DNA of 62,690 nucleotides, filler included. It is 15 parts of 15 records of this genome, joined end to end, with 100 filler letters (N's around TTAATTAATTAA, not from the genome) between each part and the next. Parts side by side here need not be neighbours in the genome. Positions count along the whole stretch, not along the records: positions 59,686 to 62,690 come from SRR7504441_28991; 14 more parts are not named here. The stretch is one strand, 5' to 3'. Below are positions 60,066-62,690 of this stretch, piece by piece. The position numbers were made by a program, and so were the translations under genes. The notes beneath the pieces are model-generated. The model did no database searches. It was not told the origin of the DNA and saw only the letters and a list, made by a program, of their open reading frames with translations. Positions within the stretch are counted from its first letter, which is position 1, and each line of letters opens with the position of its first letter.

Positions 60066-62357
60066 TCAATAGCGCGGGCCTAGATGCAAGCTTGGCGCTG
60101 GCCATGGATGCCGTTGAGGCTCGTCCCTGGGCCACTCCCTCGGTCCATCTACATCCTGCCACTCCCTTTCGCGCCCACGCGAGAACCGCCACTCCCTATC
60201 GTTCCACTCTCTTTCGTGCCCCCCTTGCCCCAGCGAGCAACCGTCCCGCCACTCGCTCTCCTGCCGATGGGCATGCTCGCCCCTCTCTTGCCACGAGATA
60301 TGATCTGGCCTCTCCCACTGGTCCGACCCCCAGTCAGGCTCCCGCCGCCAACGCTCCGGGGGCGACTGCGACGGCCTGTGTGCGCTCATCGGCTGCAGCT
60401 GGATTGGCAAGCCCGCCGATGGCCGCCTATCCCGGGTGGTCCGCCGGCTGGGCGGCTCCGCCGGCTCCCTCGGCCGTTTTCTGTTGCTGTTTATGTACTG
60501 AGGCTCTGGTCCGTTCAGCCCGCCGTGCTCGGCAACTAGGTGAGCCCGCAGCTGCCGGTACCCTTTAAATATTTGGGCATCGCACTGGGCCGGCCGGGTC
60601 AGCCGCCAGAGGCATCCGCACTTGCCCTCCTTGAGCCGGCTCCTCATGGCTTCGCGCATTGGGAGGTCCGGCTCTTCATCCTCGGCCGGCGGCTCGTCAG
60701 CGCAGTCCGGGCCGTTAACCCCCCGGTGCTTGGCCACAAGGTGCCGCCGGAGCGCTTCGTGGTCCTTGAACCAGCGGCCCGGCTTGCATTTGGTCGGCTG
60801 GCTCAGACTCCACAGGCAGGCGCACCCTTTACCACGCACCAGCTTACTCCGTTTGGACTCACTCATGGGAGTGTCCTCTTGAGCTCTCCGGCCTTCTGCT
60901 TGGCTTACTCCGTCTCGAGCGGAGCCACAACTGCGATCACAGTGCGAGCTGCTCTTGTCGGCCAATCCTCGGAGCGAGTCCAGGATTAGGCCCAGCTCCT
61001 GTTTGGACCCGCCCAGCTCAGCATGCAGCCCGCGCACTCGGCTCACGAGCGTCTCTGGCCTGAACAACTCCGCTGACCTCGACCCGACTATCGCCCGGCT
61101 CAGCTCTCTGCCCATCCCACTGATTCTGCTCTGCAGCTCGTCCGCGGAGCTCGTATTGAGCAGCGCCGCCAGCTCGGTCCCGCCGGTCGGCCCGGCTGCC
61201 GGTTTGGGAGCGGGCTCGAGCGTTGCTGGAGGGACCTGTATGCTCGGGAGCGACAGGAGAGCAACCCACTGCACCGGCTCGCACTGGGGGGTGGCCGAGG
61301 CCGGGGCGTCCAGGTCGACCACCGGCGGGTTGGCGGCGGGCAGGTAGCTTACTCCGTCACGTATGCTAACTGAGAGCTTGCTCTGAGGCAACACGTGAAG
61401 CAGCCTGAGTACCAGCTCATCCTGCCGGAGCTCATCGGCGGCCAGAGGCAGCGAGCACTGCGGGCAGCGCGGGTTGTCTGGGCACTGGCGCCACCCGGCG
61501 GCGTACGTGGCCAGTTCAAATACCTCGTGATGCCGGCAGCGCAGCCCGCGGCACGGGACAGACAGCCGGACCCGAGAGTACCCATCTATAAGCGGCAGCT
61601 GGGCCGTCGCCACCGCCAACCCGTCGCTCACGGCTAGCTCGCGCTGCTGGAACTTGGCCAACGCCTCCGAGAACCCTAAAAGCGGCACGCGCACTGGGCC
61701 GGTCGGAGCCCCGGCCGGCTCATCAGCCCGGCGAGCTGCGATCACTGAATCGAGCAGCTCAAGCCCGTCGCGGTCAGAAGGGGCCAGGGCCACAGCAGCC
61801 CGGCAGTCCTGCTCGGCCTGCCGCCACTGTTTGCCGTCCAGGCGCACCCGAGCCCGGAGCAGCAGCGGCCCGGCCGCCTCAGGTAGGAGCTCGGCCGCCA
61901 TATTCGCCGCCTGAAGCGCCGGCTCCGGACGGCCGAGCCTGTGCAGGACTCCAGCCATTGCCAGCCCAAGCTTGCCCTGGAACTCGCGCATCCGAGCCGC
62001 CTGATCCGGGGTCGGATCCCCAGGCAGCTGCCCGAACTGTGTGGGAACGTAGTCAGCGGTCTCGTACTCGTCTAGCGCAGCCCCGAGCTCCCCAGCCTCG
62101 GCCCGCTGGTCCCCGGTGGCCTTCTTCTGCATCCCGAACTGGATCAGCTGCTCGAACGCGTCGGACGGCTCGGCCGCTGGCTTGAGCTTAGACGGGCGGA
62201 TCCTGAAGATCTTGCCAGAGGTGTGCATCCGGACCACCCAGCGACCGACCGCCGGGATCCAGTGCAGGCAGGTGCACAGCTGGCCCTCCATCGAGCGGTC
62301 CGACAGACCCTCGGTCCGCACCACCGCACCCGCCTCCAAAGGCCCGGCACTCTCCAT
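60066..62357 (-). CDS. Multidomain protein: TPR + MIZ/SP-RING zinc finger + HhH-like + two C/H zinc-finger-like repeats + R/E/W-rich tail
   Basis: TPR helices (LLLRARVRLD...AEQDCRAAVALAP); SP-RING pattern PCRGLRCRHHEVFEL...CPQC; LNTSSADELQSRISGMG (HhH-like); intronless 763-codon ORF. Confidence 0.75.
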   Translation of the reverse strand: MESAGPLEAGAVVRTEGLSDRSMEGQLCTCLHWIPAVGRWVVRMHTSGKIFRIRPSKLKPAAEPSDAFEQLIQFGMQKKATGDQRAEAGELGAALDEYETADYVPTQFGQLPGDPTPDQAARMREFQGKLGLAMAGVLHRLGRPEPALQAANMAAELLPEAAGPLLLRARVRLDGKQWRQAEQDCRAAVALAPSDRDGLELLDSVIAARRADEPAGAPTGPVRVPLLGFSEALAKFQQRELAVSDGLAVATAQLPLIDGYSRVRLSVPCRGLRCRHHEVFELATYAAGWRQCPDNPRCPQCSLPLAADELRQDELVLRLLHVLPQSKLSVSIRDGVSYLPAANPPVVDLDAPASATPQCEPVQWVALLSLPSIQVPPATLEPAPKPAAGPTGGTELAALLNTSSADELQSRISGMGRELSRAIVGSRSAELFRPETLVSRVRGLHAELGGSKQELGLILDSLRGLADKSSSHCDRSCGSARDGVSQAEGRRAQEDTPMSESKRSKLVRGKGCACLWSLSQPTKCKPGRWFKDHEALRRHLVAKHRGVNGPDCADEPPAEDEEPDLPMREAMRSRLKEGKCGCLWRLTRPAQCDAQIFKGYRQLRAHLVAEHGGLNGPEPQYINSNRKRPREPAEPPSRRTTRDRRPSAGLPIQLQPMSAHRPSQSPPERWRREPDWGSDQWERPDHISWQERGEHAHRQESEWRDGCSLGQGGHEREWNDREWRFSRGREREWQDVDGPREWPRDEPQRHPWPAPSLHLGPRY

Positions 62358-62690
62358 ACCTGCTACACCATACTACCTGTGCCACAGTACCTGTGCCACA
62401 GCGGGGTATTTAGTACCGGTAGCTTCTTCACGCTTACTGTATCTGCGGTCCCAGCTCTACGTGGAGACCTGTACTTAATTAATTGTCCAGGGATGCCCTG
62501 GCGTCTCGTCAGGCGCCGTGCACACCGCAGACGCCGACCGGTATGATGGCCGTGACGGCACACTGACCAGATTACCAGAACAGCAAGGCTAGGCAGCAGC
62601 GGGACACCGGAGCAAACACCGGCGACACCGGTCTAATACACTTGTTCAGTCCTTGCTACACCGCAAAACCCAGTCGCATTCTAAGTAGCA

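Overview
This window is not one locus. It is 15 short contigs (about 3-5.7 kb each) joined by 14 artificial 100-nt linkers (44 N + TTAATTAATTAA + 44 N), so adjacency across linkers carries no meaning. The DNA is from a GC-rich, gene-dense eukaryote, probably a protist MAG/SAG; I cannot assign the lineage. Genes are split by many very short introns (about 36-50 nt) with weak donors, frequent GC-AG introns and one apparent GA-AG intron. Recognisable genes: two myosin motors (one highly divergent), a truncated NRPS adenylation domain, an aldehyde oxidase/xanthine dehydrogenase, a clan GH-A glycosidase, a J-like/dual-specificity phosphatase fusion, a truncated CMP-sialic-acid-synthetase-like gene, a SNF1/CIPK-like kinase, a nucleotide-sugar transporter, a P4-ATPase, a UBA-vWA-CaaX protein, a sulfotransferase, a saposin-like protein, an LRR multi-TM receptor-like protein, an arylsulfatase-PAN fusion, a sialate O-acetylesterase fragment, a mitochondrial carrier, a secreted PLA2, ankyrin and LRR proteins, PP2C and a TPR/SP-RING protein. 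Four candidates for new biology stand out. (1) An intron-containing gene fuses poly-amino-acid-synthetase-type (Pls/NRPS-terminal) TM + beta-helix modules to an acyl-CoA dehydrogenase. (2) A three-intron tyrosine recombinase has all catalytic residues and a presequence-like N-terminus. (3) One contig is bounded by a perfect 30-bp inverted repeat lying inside introns of a single gene. (4) Splice donors are relaxed (GT/GC/GA). All calls come from reading motifs by eye; no searches were run.
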